DNA from: a virus
Length of the DNA: 50,562 nucleotides
IMG/VR virus record: IMGVR_UViG_3300045915_000028
Direction: 5' to 3' (one strand)
The notes under the pieces: generated by a model
Told to the model about the DNA's origin: nothing
What the model saw: only the letters and a program-made list of their open reading frames with translations
Databases searched by the model: none
Part shown: in pieces, positions 15,576 through 25,028 of the stretch
Layout: each line of letters begins with the position of its first letter
Numbering within the stretch: position 1 is the stretch's first letter
Made by a program: the position numbers and the translations under genes

Positions 15576-15970
15576 TGCAACACCCCGCCGCACCACTGCT
15601 CGCCGCCGACCTCGGCCGACTCCCACACACCAACGGCCGCGGCGAAAAAGGCTTCGTCCACATCCCCGGATTCATCACCACGACCGGAATGAGCCAAGAA
15701 CAAGCCGGCGAAGTCGGACTGCTGGCCCTAGCCATCGCCGAAGGCGTCATCGAAGACCTGCAAAGCCACGGCTACCCAGTCCAGCACGAAACCCAGATCC
15801 AAGCGCGCATCAACGCCGCCACAGCTCAAAAGCCAACACCCGAGGACATCACGCTCGAATGCAATCGCTGCCACCGACCCGCGGTCAAAGTCAAAGCCGC
15901 TGACCGAGCCAAGGTCAATGTGACCCTGCTCGTGGCCGGGCTGACCGTACACGCCGAGACATGCCGATGA
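15575..15970 (+). CDS. Hypothetical protein (131 aa)
   Basis: TGATG junction; coding-like tail of the long alternative-frame ORF 14063..15970. Confidence 0.55.
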   Translation: MQHPAAPLLAADLGRLPHTNGRGEKGFVHIPGFITTTGMSQEQAGEVGLLALAIAEGVIEDLQSHGYPVQHETQIQARINAATAQKPTPEDITLECNRCHRPAVKVKAADRAKVNVTLLVAGLTVHAETCR

Positions 15971-16257
15971 GCAACAAGAGCAAGCGGCGCCCGCCCATCC
16001 CGCCACGCCCACAGATCCTCAACGAGCAGATGCGCGAAAACCTGCTACGGCAGTTGGGTGACACGCCGCGCATACTCAACCGCGAACAGTCAATGTTCAT
16101 CGTCGGTGCGCTCGCCGCCAACCTTGAGCGGATGCTCAACAACCGCGAACAAATGCCGTGGGTCAGCGCCTCGATCGACAAACGCAGCGACGGATTCAGC
16201 CTGCACGTGCAGATCGTCGAACCCACAACGGACGTAGAGGCAACAGTGCTGACATGA
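15967..16257 (+). CDS. Hypothetical protein (96 aa)
   Basis: ATGA overlap (alternative ATG 15961). Confidence 0.55.
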   Translation: MSNKSKRRPPIPPRPQILNEQMRENLLRQLGDTPRILNREQSMFIVGALAANLERMLNNREQMPWVSASIDKRSDGFSLHVQIVEPTTDVEATVLT

Positions 16258-16502
16258 CGACCTGCGCGGCCTGCCCGCACTCCGAGCACAACCAGCGCGA
16301 GTGCGGTGCGGCATGGGACGAGCGCAACCGCTGCACCTGCACCGAGTGGCGGCCGGGCTACATCCTGGGCCTCCGCGCCCAAGCGCTCGACGACGTACAG
16401 GAACTCATCGAAGCAATCGGCGACCGATCACAACCAACACCCGAGCAATGGGAACTACTTAAGGAACTCGCCTATCCGCCGCCACCGATGGCCAACACCT
16501 GA
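16254..16502 (+). CDS. Hypothetical Cys-rich protein (82 aa)
   Basis: ATGA overlap; MTTCAACPHSEHNQRECG... Confidence 0.55.
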   Translation: MTTCAACPHSEHNQRECGAAWDERNRCTCTEWRPGYILGLRAQALDDVQELIEAIGDRSQPTPEQWELLKELAYPPPPMANT

Positions 16503-16882
16503 TGACCACGACCGCCCGCCGCAAAACCACCACCGAAAAAGGCCTCGGCTGGCGCCACCGCCAAGCCGCCGACACACTCAAACGCCGACACACCAACGGC
16601 ACACCATGCGACTGGTGCGGCCGACCCATGCACCTAGACCGCACACGCAACTACGATTACAACCCCGACACGACCAACCCCACCAGCGGAACACTGCAAG
16701 CCGACCACTCCAAGATCAGCCGAACAGAAGCAATCCGCCAAGGCCGACCCATCCCACTACCCGACAGACTCCTCCACGCACAATGCAACCGCGAACGCGG
16801 CGACGGAACCAACGACCACCTATCGGCAGCCACCAACGCAACCGCCACCGCGACGGCCAAGCTACTAATGCCATGGCCATGA
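16502..16882 (+). CDS. HNH endonuclease (126 aa), packaging-associated by position
   Basis: CDWCGRPMH ... LQADHSK ... LLHAQCNRERG; last gene before the terminase region. Confidence 0.65.
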   Translation: MTTTARRKTTTEKGLGWRHRQAADTLKRRHTNGTPCDWCGRPMHLDRTRNYDYNPDTTNPTSGTLQADHSKISRTEAIRQGRPIPLPDRLLHAQCNRERGDGTNDHLSAATNATATATAKLLMPWP

Positions 16883-17131
16883 ACCACGAAACACGTTGCA
16901 ACGCAACCACATTCGCACACACCACACACGCGAAACGCGTTGCAGCACAACGCAACCCACCCCCCGAAAATCTTGAGGCCACCCCCCGAAGACTCGCGAG
17001 ACGTATGTCACGAGTTTATTTTTTCGACGGGAATTTTTCGGCAAGGGTGCGTGAATGTTGTTGGTGTGCAATGGGTTTCGCGGTGGATAGCGACTCGAAT
17101 GTTGTTGCGCTATATGGTTTTTCGGGCGTGC
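16883..17131. other. Putative cos / packaging-recognition region (largest intergenic region among the plus-strand genes)
   Basis: Lies between HNH and terS; repeated CGAAACRCGTTGCA (16887, 16931), CCACCCCCCGAA x2 (16957, 16979), T-rich tract 17012-17041; exact ends not determinable. Confidence 0.4.
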
Positions 17132-17479
17132 ATGGTGGCGCCGCGTAAGACCGCTAGGCGGGCGTCGGCGGGTGCGCGGCTGCGCGCGGAGTTGTCGAAG
17201 GATGATGATCCGTATTCGTTGACGTTCCTGATCGAGCAGGCTGGGCATATCGCGGATTATCTGCAGCGGTTGCGGGAGTTGATCGACGGGGATCGTGATG
17301 CGTGGTTGAAGCTGAGGTTGGGCGCGAAGACGGTCGAGGTGGTGGTGAATAAGCCGTTGGTGGAGGCGCGTGCGCAGGCTGAGCAGCTGCGGAAGCTGTT
17401 AGCGGAGATTCATCGGCAGCGTGCGGCGATCCCGACGCCGGGTTATGAGGATGACGTGCTCGACGACGGTGACGACTAG
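17132..17479 (+). CDS. terS: Terminase small subunit (115 aa; alternative ATG 17114)
   Basis: Basic N-terminus MVAPRKTARRAS, helical body, acidic tail; immediately upstream of terL. Confidence 0.6.
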   Translation: MVAPRKTARRASAGARLRAELSKDDDPYSLTFLIEQAGHIADYLQRLRELIDGDRDAWLKLRLGAKTVEVVVNKPLVEARAQAEQLRKLLAEIHRQRAAIPTPGYEDDVLDDGDD

Positions 17480-17492
17480 ACCTTGGCCGAAG

Positions 17493-19064
17493 GTGTGGCC
17501 TGAGTGGTTGGGCGCCTGGCCGCGGCTCACGGGCCGGCAGTGCCCGGAGTACGAATGCTGGCATGAGGGTGACGAGTCTGAGGGTGACCGCACTGCGAAG
17601 TTCGGTATCCGCATCGGTGTTCGGTTGTTGCCGTGGGAGTGGATGGCGACTCGGGCGGCGCAGTCGCAGCAGCCGGCCGACGATCGTGGCATCCGGTTGT
17701 GGACGCATCGCGTGGTGGTGTGGGAGGTCACGCGGCAGCAGGGTAAGACGCTGATCCTGATCCTGATCATCCTGCGGCGGCTGTTCAAGCACCGGCGCCG
17801 TGTGGTGTATACCGCGCAGCAGTGGACGACGGTGGAGGATGTGTTCGATCGGACGACGGCGATCATCGATCGGGTGCCTTCGTTGAAGCGCCGTCTATTG
17901 GTGCCTCCGTCGAAGAAGGACAATCGCGGCACGATCATTCTGAAGCCGTTGCCCGGCGAAAAGCATGTGGTGAAGGCAGGTTTTGGTCCGCGGACTCAGC
18001 ACTTCGCACGTGGCTTCACCGAGATTGATGACCTGATCCTCGACGAGGCGTATGACCTGGTGCCGAAGGAGACTGCGAACCTTACCGGGGCTCAGGCGGC
18101 GTCGGAGAATCCGCAGACGATCTATGCGTCGACGCCGCCGGTGGTGTCGGAGCATCCGAACTGTCACCGGTTCTCGGGTCTGGTGCGCACGATCATCGCG
18201 GGCGGAGCTCCTGGGTTGTATGGGGCGTTGTATCGGGCGCCGAAGTCGTTCGAGCGTGGTGATCCGGCGGCGTATCTGTTGGCGCAGCCGTCTTACGGGG
18301 TGGTGGGTGATGACCGTGAGATGGAGGCGCATCTGCAGGGTGCGTGTGATGCGGGTGCGGCGGATCTGGCGTTGTTCGATGCGGATTGGTTGGGGTGGGG
18401 TGATTATCCGCCTCCGGCGAACCGGCGGCCGTCGGAGATCTCCGCGGAGAAGTGGCGCGAGATGCGCAACTTGGGGGCGGTGTTGACGGGTCCACGGGTG
18501 GTGGTGCTGACGCGGGAGGCGGCGTGGGCGATCGTGGCGGCGCAGCGCACCGTGGACGGCCGTATCCACTTGGAGGTGGGTTTCGCCGACGAGGAGCTGA
18601 CGGCCGAGAGTGCGGTCCGGAGACTGGCGGCGGTGGTGACGGCCTGGGCGCCGGCCCAGGTGGTGGTCGGCCGCGGCGCGGCGGCGGAGGTGATGCCGCT
18701 GCTGGAGGCGATCGGGATCGACGCGGTCACTCCGACGCGGGCCGAGGAGGCGCAGGCGTGCGGCGGGTTCCTGTCGGATGCGGACGCGATGGTGCTGTCG
18801 CATTCGGGGCAGGACGGGTTGCGGGTTGCGGTGGCGAATGCGAATAAGCATGAGATCACGCCGTCGGGGTTCGTGTGGGAGGTCGTGGATGTGGCGTCGC
18901 ACGCGCAGTTGATGGGGGCGACGTTGGCGCGGTGGGCGCTGCTTAAGTTCGGCCGACCGAGACGCAAACCCCCGCCGCCTCTCGCTGATACCGAGGGAGC
19001 GGATGCCTCGGTTGACTTGTCCGGAATCAATGATGACTTCGATGCGCTCAGCGCAACGTTCTAG
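17493..19064 (+). CDS. terL: Terminase large subunit (523 aa, GTG start after GAAGG)
   Basis: Walker A VTRQQGKTL, Walker B DDLILDEAYDL; size and position. Confidence 0.85.
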   Translation: MWPEWLGAWPRLTGRQCPEYECWHEGDESEGDRTAKFGIRIGVRLLPWEWMATRAAQSQQPADDRGIRLWTHRVVVWEVTRQQGKTLILILIILRRLFKHRRRVVYTAQQWTTVEDVFDRTTAIIDRVPSLKRRLLVPPSKKDNRGTIILKPLPGEKHVVKAGFGPRTQHFARGFTEIDDLILDEAYDLVPKETANLTGAQAASENPQTIYASTPPVVSEHPNCHRFSGLVRTIIAGGAPGLYGALYRAPKSFERGDPAAYLLAQPSYGVVGDDREMEAHLQGACDAGAADLALFDADWLGWGDYPPPANRRPSEISAEKWREMRNLGAVLTGPRVVVLTREAAWAIVAAQRTVDGRIHLEVGFADEELTAESAVRRLAAVVTAWAPAQVVVGRGAAAEVMPLLEAIGIDAVTPTRAEEAQACGGFLSDADAMVLSHSGQDGLRVAVANANKHEITPSGFVWEVVDVASHAQLMGATLARWALLKFGRPRRKPPPPLADTEGADASVDLSGINDDFDALSATF

Positions 19065-19076
19065 CCGAGGAAAGGG

Positions 19077-20480
19077 GTGACCGTGGCCAGCCTCCCCACC
19101 TCGATGACTCACGAACTCGGCTACGTCAACCCGTACGTCGGCTCCGGTCAGAACCTTACCGATTGGATGATGTGGGATCTCCTCGAAGAGGTCCCGGAGT
19201 TGACGTATCCGTTGTCGCTCAACGTGTTCGGGAAGATGCCACGCGATGACGCCCGGGTGTGGTCGCTGCTGGCGGCGATCCGATTGCCGATCCGCCGCAC
19301 CGCGTACTACATCGAGCGGAACGGGGCCCGCGACGAGGTTGTCGAGCACATCGCCACGGATTTCGGGCTGCCGATCAAGGGCGACAACGACGCGGATTTC
19401 GGGCAGCAGATTCGCCGGCGTCGCAAGGGCCGGTTCTCCTGGCAGCAACATCTGCGCAGCGCTATGACGCATCTGCAGTACGGGCATAGTGTGTTCGAGC
19501 AGGTGTACGCGCTCGGCGATGACGGCAAATTGCACCTGAAGAAGCTGGCGCCGCGGCCGCAAAGGACGATTTCGAAGTGGAACGTTGCCGCTGACGGCGG
19601 CCTGGTGTCCGTCGTGCAGTCACCGCCCGACGGCACCATGACGGTTGCGAGCTTGATGGCCGGCGGTGTGGAGATCACTGTTGACCGGCTGGTGGTGTAT
19701 CGGCATGAGCCTGAGGACGGTGTGTGGATCGGGACGTCGCTGCTGCGGCCGGCCTACAAGCATTGGATCCTCAAGAATGAGTTGATTCGGTTGGAAGCGG
19801 TCGCGGTGCGCCGTAACGGTGTTGGTGTTCCGATTGTGACGGCGCCGGACGGCATCGAGGCCACGGACACCGACGCGATGCGCCCGTACCTGGAGTTGGC
19901 CAAGCGGTATCGAGGCGGCAATACGGCGGGTGTCGCGCTGCCGGCCGGGGCGATAATGAAACTGCTCGGTGTCGAGGGGATGCGGGTCGATCCGCGGCCG
20001 GCGATCGACTACCACGACAAGCAGATCGGCATCGTGGCTTTGCAACAGGTGTTCAACCTAGATGGTAAGGGCGGTAGTTACGCGCTGGCCGAGGTGCAGA
20101 ATGACCCGTATATCCAAGCGGTGCAGGCGATTCTCGACGATCTGCTCGACGTCACCAACGAGCACGTCATCGAGGATTTGGTAGATGTGAACTATTCGAT
20201 CGACGAGACCGCGCCGCTGCTAGTCGCCGATGACGTCGGATCGAAACAGGACGCCCAGGCCGCGGCGCTGAACCTATTGGTACAGGCGCAGCTACTCAAG
20301 CCGGATCCGGCGATCCGGGCCTTCATCCGTCAGCACCTCGGCGCGCCGCCGGAAGATCCAGAAGAGCAGGACGAACCCCTGGAAGACCCGGAGGAAGACA
20401 CCGCGCCGTCGAAAAAGTCTGCGGGCCCAGGGAGGCCGAGTCGCCGCAAGCCGGGGCCGGGGCAGGTTCCACTGTGGTAG
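19077..20480 (+). CDS. Portal protein (467 aa)
   Basis: Size and position directly after terL; acidic/Pro-rich C-terminus. Confidence 0.75.
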   Translation: MTVASLPTSMTHELGYVNPYVGSGQNLTDWMMWDLLEEVPELTYPLSLNVFGKMPRDDARVWSLLAAIRLPIRRTAYYIERNGARDEVVEHIATDFGLPIKGDNDADFGQQIRRRRKGRFSWQQHLRSAMTHLQYGHSVFEQVYALGDDGKLHLKKLAPRPQRTISKWNVAADGGLVSVVQSPPDGTMTVASLMAGGVEITVDRLVVYRHEPEDGVWIGTSLLRPAYKHWILKNELIRLEAVAVRRNGVGVPIVTAPDGIEATDTDAMRPYLELAKRYRGGNTAGVALPAGAIMKLLGVEGMRVDPRPAIDYHDKQIGIVALQQVFNLDGKGGSYALAEVQNDPYIQAVQAILDDLLDVTNEHVIEDLVDVNYSIDETAPLLVADDVGSKQDAQAAALNLLVQAQLLKPDPAIRAFIRQHLGAPPEDPEEQDEPLEDPEEDTAPSKKSAGPGRPSRRKPGPGQVPLW

Positions 20481-21847
20481 ACGTGCCCGGCACGCCGACG
20501 CTGGCCACGATCCGCGGCGTGGAGATCGCTTCGGTCGGCTTCTGGAACATCAGCACCGCCGAGGACTGGCATCCGAGCGCCGAGGACCTGGCCGCCGCCG
20601 TCGCCGCGATGGACTGCCCCGCGGTGCGCCGGCCAACCCTGAAGTTCGGGCACACAGGAACGCCCGGTTCAGGCGATCCGTCGATCGGTCTCATTGACGA
20701 CCTTCGGCTCGCCGACGACGGACAGACACTCATCGGCGACTACGTCGGAGTGCCGGCCTGGCTGGCCGCGGCCGACAGCGAAGGCCGCTCGGTCATCGCG
20801 TCGGCCTACCCCGACCGGTCCGGCGAATTCGAGAGCAACTATGTGTGCCAGCTCGGCCATGTGCACCCCTTCGTGGTGCACGCGGTCGCGCTGCTCGGTG
20901 TGGTCCAGCCCGGGATCGGGACCCTCGAATCGCTCTACGACCTGTTCACCAAGGCACCTGAGAAGGAGACTGAAATGGCGAAAGCCGCTGTCGAACAGGC
21001 GGGTACGTCGATCGACGACGTACGCCGCTCGTACTACGACGGCCCGGGCAGCAACTGGTACCTGTGGATCCGCGAAATGTTTATCGAACCGGCCGAGCTG
21101 ATCGTGCAGAACGACGAGGACGACACCATCGAACGGGTCTCGTACACGATCACCGGCGACGGTGAGGTGGAGTTCGGCGACAGTCAGCAGGTCAAGGTCG
21201 AGTACGTCAACGCCCGGGCATCGGCCCAGAAGCCAGCTGTGGCGTTCGCTTCCCGAGCGGAGGCGCGCAACGGGGTTGCAGCCCAACAGATTCCCTCTGC
21301 CGCCGAGGCCGAGGTCAACAAAGGAAAGGAGGGCGCCATGCCCACCCTGAAGGAAGGCCTCGCGCAGAAGCTCGGCATCGCCGCCGACGCCGACGACGAG
21401 ACCGTACTCAAGGCGCTCGACGAGGCGCTGACCGAACGCGCAGACACCACCGCGAGCCAGGACGCCGATGGCGACATTCCGGCCGAGCAGCTGGTGGCCG
21501 CTGCGGCCAAGGCCGGACTGGTTCTCGTCAACGCCGAGAAGTTCGACGAGACCGTGCAGGCCGCGCAGCTCGGCGCCCAAGCCTTCGCCCGCCAATTGCG
21601 CGACAGCGACACCGCCCTCGTCGAGGCCGCTATCCGCGACGGCAAGTTCCCTCCTGCGCAGCGCGATCACTACCTGGCGATGCTCGACACCGACCGGGAC
21701 CGCACCACCACCCTGATCGGGCAGATGGCCAAGGGATTCATCCCCGTCGCCGAGGTCGGGCACAACCACGTGCCGCAGAACGAGAAGGAAGACGACCTGG
21801 GGTGGTTCAACACCGCCCCGACTGAACCCGAGCGAAAGGACGGCTAA
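20474..21847 (+). CDS. Capsid maturation protease / scaffolding protein (457 aa)
   Basis: Lies between portal and capsid; Ala/Glu/Asp-rich helical C-terminal half typical of scaffolds. Confidence 0.6.
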   Translation: MVDVPGTPTLATIRGVEIASVGFWNISTAEDWHPSAEDLAAAVAAMDCPAVRRPTLKFGHTGTPGSGDPSIGLIDDLRLADDGQTLIGDYVGVPAWLAAADSEGRSVIASAYPDRSGEFESNYVCQLGHVHPFVVHAVALLGVVQPGIGTLESLYDLFTKAPEKETEMAKAAVEQAGTSIDDVRRSYYDGPGSNWYLWIREMFIEPAELIVQNDEDDTIERVSYTITGDGEVEFGDSQQVKVEYVNARASAQKPAVAFASRAEARNGVAAQQIPSAAEAEVNKGKEGAMPTLKEGLAQKLGIAADADDETVLKALDEALTERADTTASQDADGDIPAEQLVAAAAKAGLVLVNAEKFDETVQAAQLGAQAFARQLRDSDTALVEAAIRDGKFPPAQRDHYLAMLDTDRDRTTTLIGQMAKGFIPVAEVGHNHVPQNEKEDDLGWFNTAPTEPERKDG

Positions 21848-21853
21848 AAAACC

Positions 21854-22228
21854 ATGGCGAACGAAAATGTGGGTGTGTACGAGCCGGGCCGTGACATCAC
21901 GGGCCGCGCGTCGGCCTCCGTCACCGGTAAGCGGTTCCTGAAGATCAGCGGCAACCGCTCGAGCGGCAACATCGCGGTGGCGCATGCGGACGCGGCTGGC
22001 CGCGTGTGTGGCGTCTCGAAGTACGACGCGGCTTCCGGTGACATCGTCGGTGTGGCCCGCGGCAATTCGCGGGTCACCTTCGTGACCGCCGGCGCCAACA
22101 TCGCCGCCTTCGCCGAGGTTGAGGTCGGCTCCAACGGGCAGGCCGTCACCAAGGCATCGGGTGTGGCCGTCGGCTACGCCGTCACCGCAGCGACGTCGGG
22201 TGCCGACGCCGAGATCAGCCTCTACTAG
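21854..22228 (+). CDS. Head decoration / capsid cement protein, DUF2190-like (124 aa)
   Basis: RFLKISGN...GVSKYDAASGDIVGVARG...AEVEVGSNGQAV pattern; upstream of the major capsid gene. Confidence 0.55.
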   Translation: MANENVGVYEPGRDITGRASASVTGKRFLKISGNRSSGNIAVAHADAAGRVCGVSKYDAASGDIVGVARGNSRVTFVTAGANIAAFAEVEVGSNGQAVTKASGVAVGYAVTAATSGADAEISLY

Positions 22229-22246
22229 AGAAAGGGACTGACCACC

Positions 22247-23152
22247 ATGCCTACCTCCCAGATCACCTTCCCACTGGGCGCACCAACCGTCAGTGGAACC
22301 ACCCTGACCGTCGAAACTGCGCTGGCGCAGCCCGGCCGCATCACCAAGCGGCTCGCGGACCTGACGCTGCAGAAGTTCATCATCGACAAGCTGTTCTCCC
22401 GGTCCGGTGCCAGCACCAAGGCCGGGGCGATCATCTACGACGCGGTGACGGCCAACGATCTGTACCTGGACCGCGACGTCGAGCAGCGCGGCCCGACCGA
22501 CGAGTACCCCACCGTGGGTGGCTCGCGGCCGGCCCCGAAGGTCGCGAAGTCCGAGGACTGGGGCGGCAAGTTCCCGGTTTCCGACGAGGCGCTCACCCGC
22601 AACGACCGCTTCTACATGGACAACCAGACCCGCCAGCTCGGCAACACGATCGTCCGGAAGGTCAACAGCCGCACCGTCGCCGTGCTCGAAGCGGTGATCT
22701 CGTCGCTCGGCGGCGCCGGCGTGATCACAGGCCACAACTGGACCAACGTCACCCTGACCGGCACGAGCCCGACGGCGAACAACGCGCGCCCGTTCGCCGA
22801 CTTCATGGCAGCGCAGCTGGCGGCCGACGTCGAAGAGCTCGGCAACGAGTTCAACGTCTGGATCATGAACCCGCAAGAGTGGTACAACCTGCGGATCATC
22901 TACGGCCCGGATCTCACCAGCATTCTGGCCGATGCGGGGATCTCGTACTTCGTGTCCAACCGGGTCACCCCCGGCAGCGCGTACGCGGCCGTCGAGGGCC
23001 AGGTCGGATTCGTCGACTACGAAAAAGAACTGCAGACCGAGACCTGGCGCGAACCGAAGAACCGCACCAGCTGGGTCCAGGCGTACGTCATGCCGATCAT
23101 GGGCGTGACGAACCCGTACGCGGTCAAGAAGATCACTGGTCTGGCGGGCTGA
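22247..23152 (+). CDS. Major capsid protein (301 aa)
   Basis: Position, size, strong GAAAGGGA RBS region. Confidence 0.7.
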   Translation: MPTSQITFPLGAPTVSGTTLTVETALAQPGRITKRLADLTLQKFIIDKLFSRSGASTKAGAIIYDAVTANDLYLDRDVEQRGPTDEYPTVGGSRPAPKVAKSEDWGGKFPVSDEALTRNDRFYMDNQTRQLGNTIVRKVNSRTVAVLEAVISSLGGAGVITGHNWTNVTLTGTSPTANNARPFADFMAAQLAADVEELGNEFNVWIMNPQEWYNLRIIYGPDLTSILADAGISYFVSNRVTPGSAYAAVEGQVGFVDYEKELQTETWREPKNRTSWVQAYVMPIMGVTNPYAVKKITGLAG

Positions 23153-23156
23153 TCGG

Positions 23157-23660
23157 ATGAGCAGCACGACCGTAACCAAGACGATCACGACGGCCCTCTG
23201 GGACTACACAACCCCGCAGGGAACTCGTCGGATCGGGTATCGCGGCGAGGTTGTCGAGCTTTCGGCGCAGGAGGCCGAGCGTGGCGACAAGGCGGGCGTG
23301 TTCAATCAGCCACCCGCCGGCGTTGTCATCGCGCCGGCCCTTCCGCACGATGTGCTGGCCGACAACTTCGCCGGGGTGTACGACGTGGTCAAGCCGCGTG
23401 TGACTGTTCCGCCCAGCGATGACGTGGTCGCGCCTTTGCGCCACGATGTCCAGGCAGTCACGCCGCCGGTCGGCGACCCGGGTGACGAGGAGCCCGGTGA
23501 GGAGGTGGCGCAGAAGCCGCCGCCGAACGCCACGAAGCCGGTGCTCGTCGCATGGCTGGCCGACAACGCGGTGACCGCGGATGGAAGTGACTACACCGCT
23601 GGAGAACTCGACGGCCTGAGTAAGGCGACTCTGTGGGCCATGATCAACGAAGTCGAGTGA
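23157..23660 (+). CDS. Hypothetical head-region protein (167 aa)
   Basis: ORF track; synteny. Confidence 0.55.
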   Translation: MSSTTVTKTITTALWDYTTPQGTRRIGYRGEVVELSAQEAERGDKAGVFNQPPAGVVIAPALPHDVLADNFAGVYDVVKPRVTVPPSDDVVAPLRHDVQAVTPPVGDPGDEEPGEEVAQKPPPNATKPVLVAWLADNAVTADGSDYTAGELDGLSKATLWAMINEVE

Positions 23661-23662
23661 CG

Positions 23663-23938
23663 ATGGGCTACTACAGCGTGGTTTGCGTGCCGTGCGTGGT
23701 CGACGGCCTGCACTACACGCACGTGCCGCCGCAACCGATCGTGGTCGACGACGACGCGGCCGCTGAGCTGGTCGGGTCGGGCGTGCTGGCCCCGTACCCG
23801 CCGACCGTCGAGGTCGTCGATGACGAAGGGGGCGGATCGTCTGACAACGAAGGCGCTGAATCCTCCGACGACACCGCCGAGCAGCCGGCGACCAAGCCGC
23901 GAGCACGGGCCCGCACGTATCGGGCGGACGTCGGCTGA
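23663..23938 (+). CDS. Hypothetical protein (91 aa)
   Basis: ATG 23663 just after upstream stop; MGYYSVVCVPCVVDGLHY... Confidence 0.5.
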   Translation: MGYYSVVCVPCVVDGLHYTHVPPQPIVVDDDAAAELVGSGVLAPYPPTVEVVDDEGGGSSDNEGAESSDDTAEQPATKPRARARTYRADVG

Positions 23939-24303
23939 TGCCATACCCGTTCCTGACACTGACGCAATTCGGTGCCGAGTTCGGGACGTTGACGTCCGCC
24001 CAGTCCCTGACCGCTGATCGGCTTCTCGGGGTGGTGTCGGAATACATCCGGGCACGCAAGCCGGACGCCGATGAGGGCACCGCGGCGCAGGTGGTGTTCG
24101 AGATTGTGCGGGACGCCCTGAATTTTGGCCCGTACGAGCGGCTTTCGCATTTCGAGAACGAGACCAGCAAGCGCCGCGAAGCGGGGACGTTCGACTACGC
24201 GGCGAAGGTGTTAGATGAACTGCTGACTGATAAACACAAGCAGATGCTGGGTATCGCGCGGGTCGCTGAGCCGCTGTTCAACTTCCCGGAATGCGACTAC
24301 TGA
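23938..24303 (+). CDS. Head-to-tail adaptor (121 aa)
   Basis: TGATG junction; gp6-like connector pattern and position. Confidence 0.55.
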   Translation: MPYPFLTLTQFGAEFGTLTSAQSLTADRLLGVVSEYIRARKPDADEGTAAQVVFEIVRDALNFGPYERLSHFENETSKRREAGTFDYAAKVLDELLTDKHKQMLGIARVAEPLFNFPECDY

Positions 24304-24306
24304 CCG

Positions 24307-24717
24307 GTGTTCGCGATCGGTGATCAGCGCGTCGGCATCAAATGGCCGGGCGGCCCCGTGCTCGACGAGCACGGCGACCCGACGTACACCGAATACGGTG
24401 AGCCGATCATCGCCGACCCGGCCGTGGTGTGGGTCAACGGCGCGTGTTTCGAGATTCAAACCCCATCGGAGCAGCAGAATCTGACGGTCACCACGTCAGA
24501 GATCGGGTGGGCGTTCCTGCCCGTCGCCGATGGGCACGTGCCCGCCGTCGACGATGATGGTGAGCCCGCCCCGGCGGCGGTCACCGCGCTGACGTCGTCG
24601 CTGACGCTGCAGTACGACGGCCGCGACTATGTGATGCGCGGCGACGCGGTCCTCGAGAAAGACATCCGCGGCCGCCACGATCACGTGTTCTGCGTCTGTG
24701 AGCGAGAGCAGGGCTGA
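24307..24717 (+). CDS. Head-tail connector (stopper-like) protein (136 aa)
   Basis: Synteny only. Confidence 0.4.
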   Translation: MFAIGDQRVGIKWPGGPVLDEHGDPTYTEYGEPIIADPAVVWVNGACFEIQTPSEQQNLTVTTSEIGWAFLPVADGHVPAVDDDGEPAPAAVTALTSSLTLQYDGRDYVMRGDAVLEKDIRGRHDHVFCVCEREQG

Positions 24718-25028
24718 TGGGCAGCAGTCCTGACGAGGTGTTCACAATGCTTCGCGGCGAATTCGACGAGCAGTCCCGCAGGGGCGAATTCGACAACGAT
24801 GTGGATGCTTTCATGGCCGATGCGGTGGTGCCGGTGTGGCGGGACGAATCGCCGGAAGACACCGGCGATTACATCGATTCGGTCGGTGTGATCGCGCCCG
24901 CGCTCGGCGGCGCCGGCAAAGTCGGTGCGACCGATGAGGCTGCCAACGTGATCGAGTACGGCTCGATTGACACCCCGGAGTTCGCGCCGCGCGCGCTGAC
25001 CGAAGCGCACTTCAACCGGGTCCGATGA
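24717..25028 (+). CDS. HK97 gp10-like neck/tail-completion protein (103 aa)
   Basis: NVIEYGSIDTPEFAPRALTEA resembles the gp10-family EfGT...PF motif. Confidence 0.5.
   Translation: MGSSPDEVFTMLRGEFDEQSRRGEFDNDVDAFMADAVVPVWRDESPEDTGDYIDSVGVIAPALGGAGKVGATDEAANVIEYGSIDTPEFAPRALTEAHFNRVR

Noticed and set aside
14063-15970. 635-aa plus-strand ORF, the longest uninterrupted ORF in the early region
   Set aside because: It is an alternative frame with His/Arg/Pro/Thr-rich nonsense composition. It stays open only because this segment is very T-poor, so stop codons are rare. It is overlapped by better frames (14112..15575 and 15575..15970) that have coupled starts and protein-like sequence; only its last 131 codons are used.
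17895-19562. 555-aa minus-strand ORF antisense to terL and the portal gene
   Set aside because: It is an Arg/His/Pro-rich shadow ORF typical of high-GC DNA. It has no RBS, and it lies opposite genes with clear terminase motifs.
20669-23188. 839-aa minus-strand ORF antisense to the scaffold, decoration and capsid genes
   Set aside because: Same reasoning: it has low-complexity Arg/Gly/Asp/Val composition and spans three well-supported plus-strand genes.
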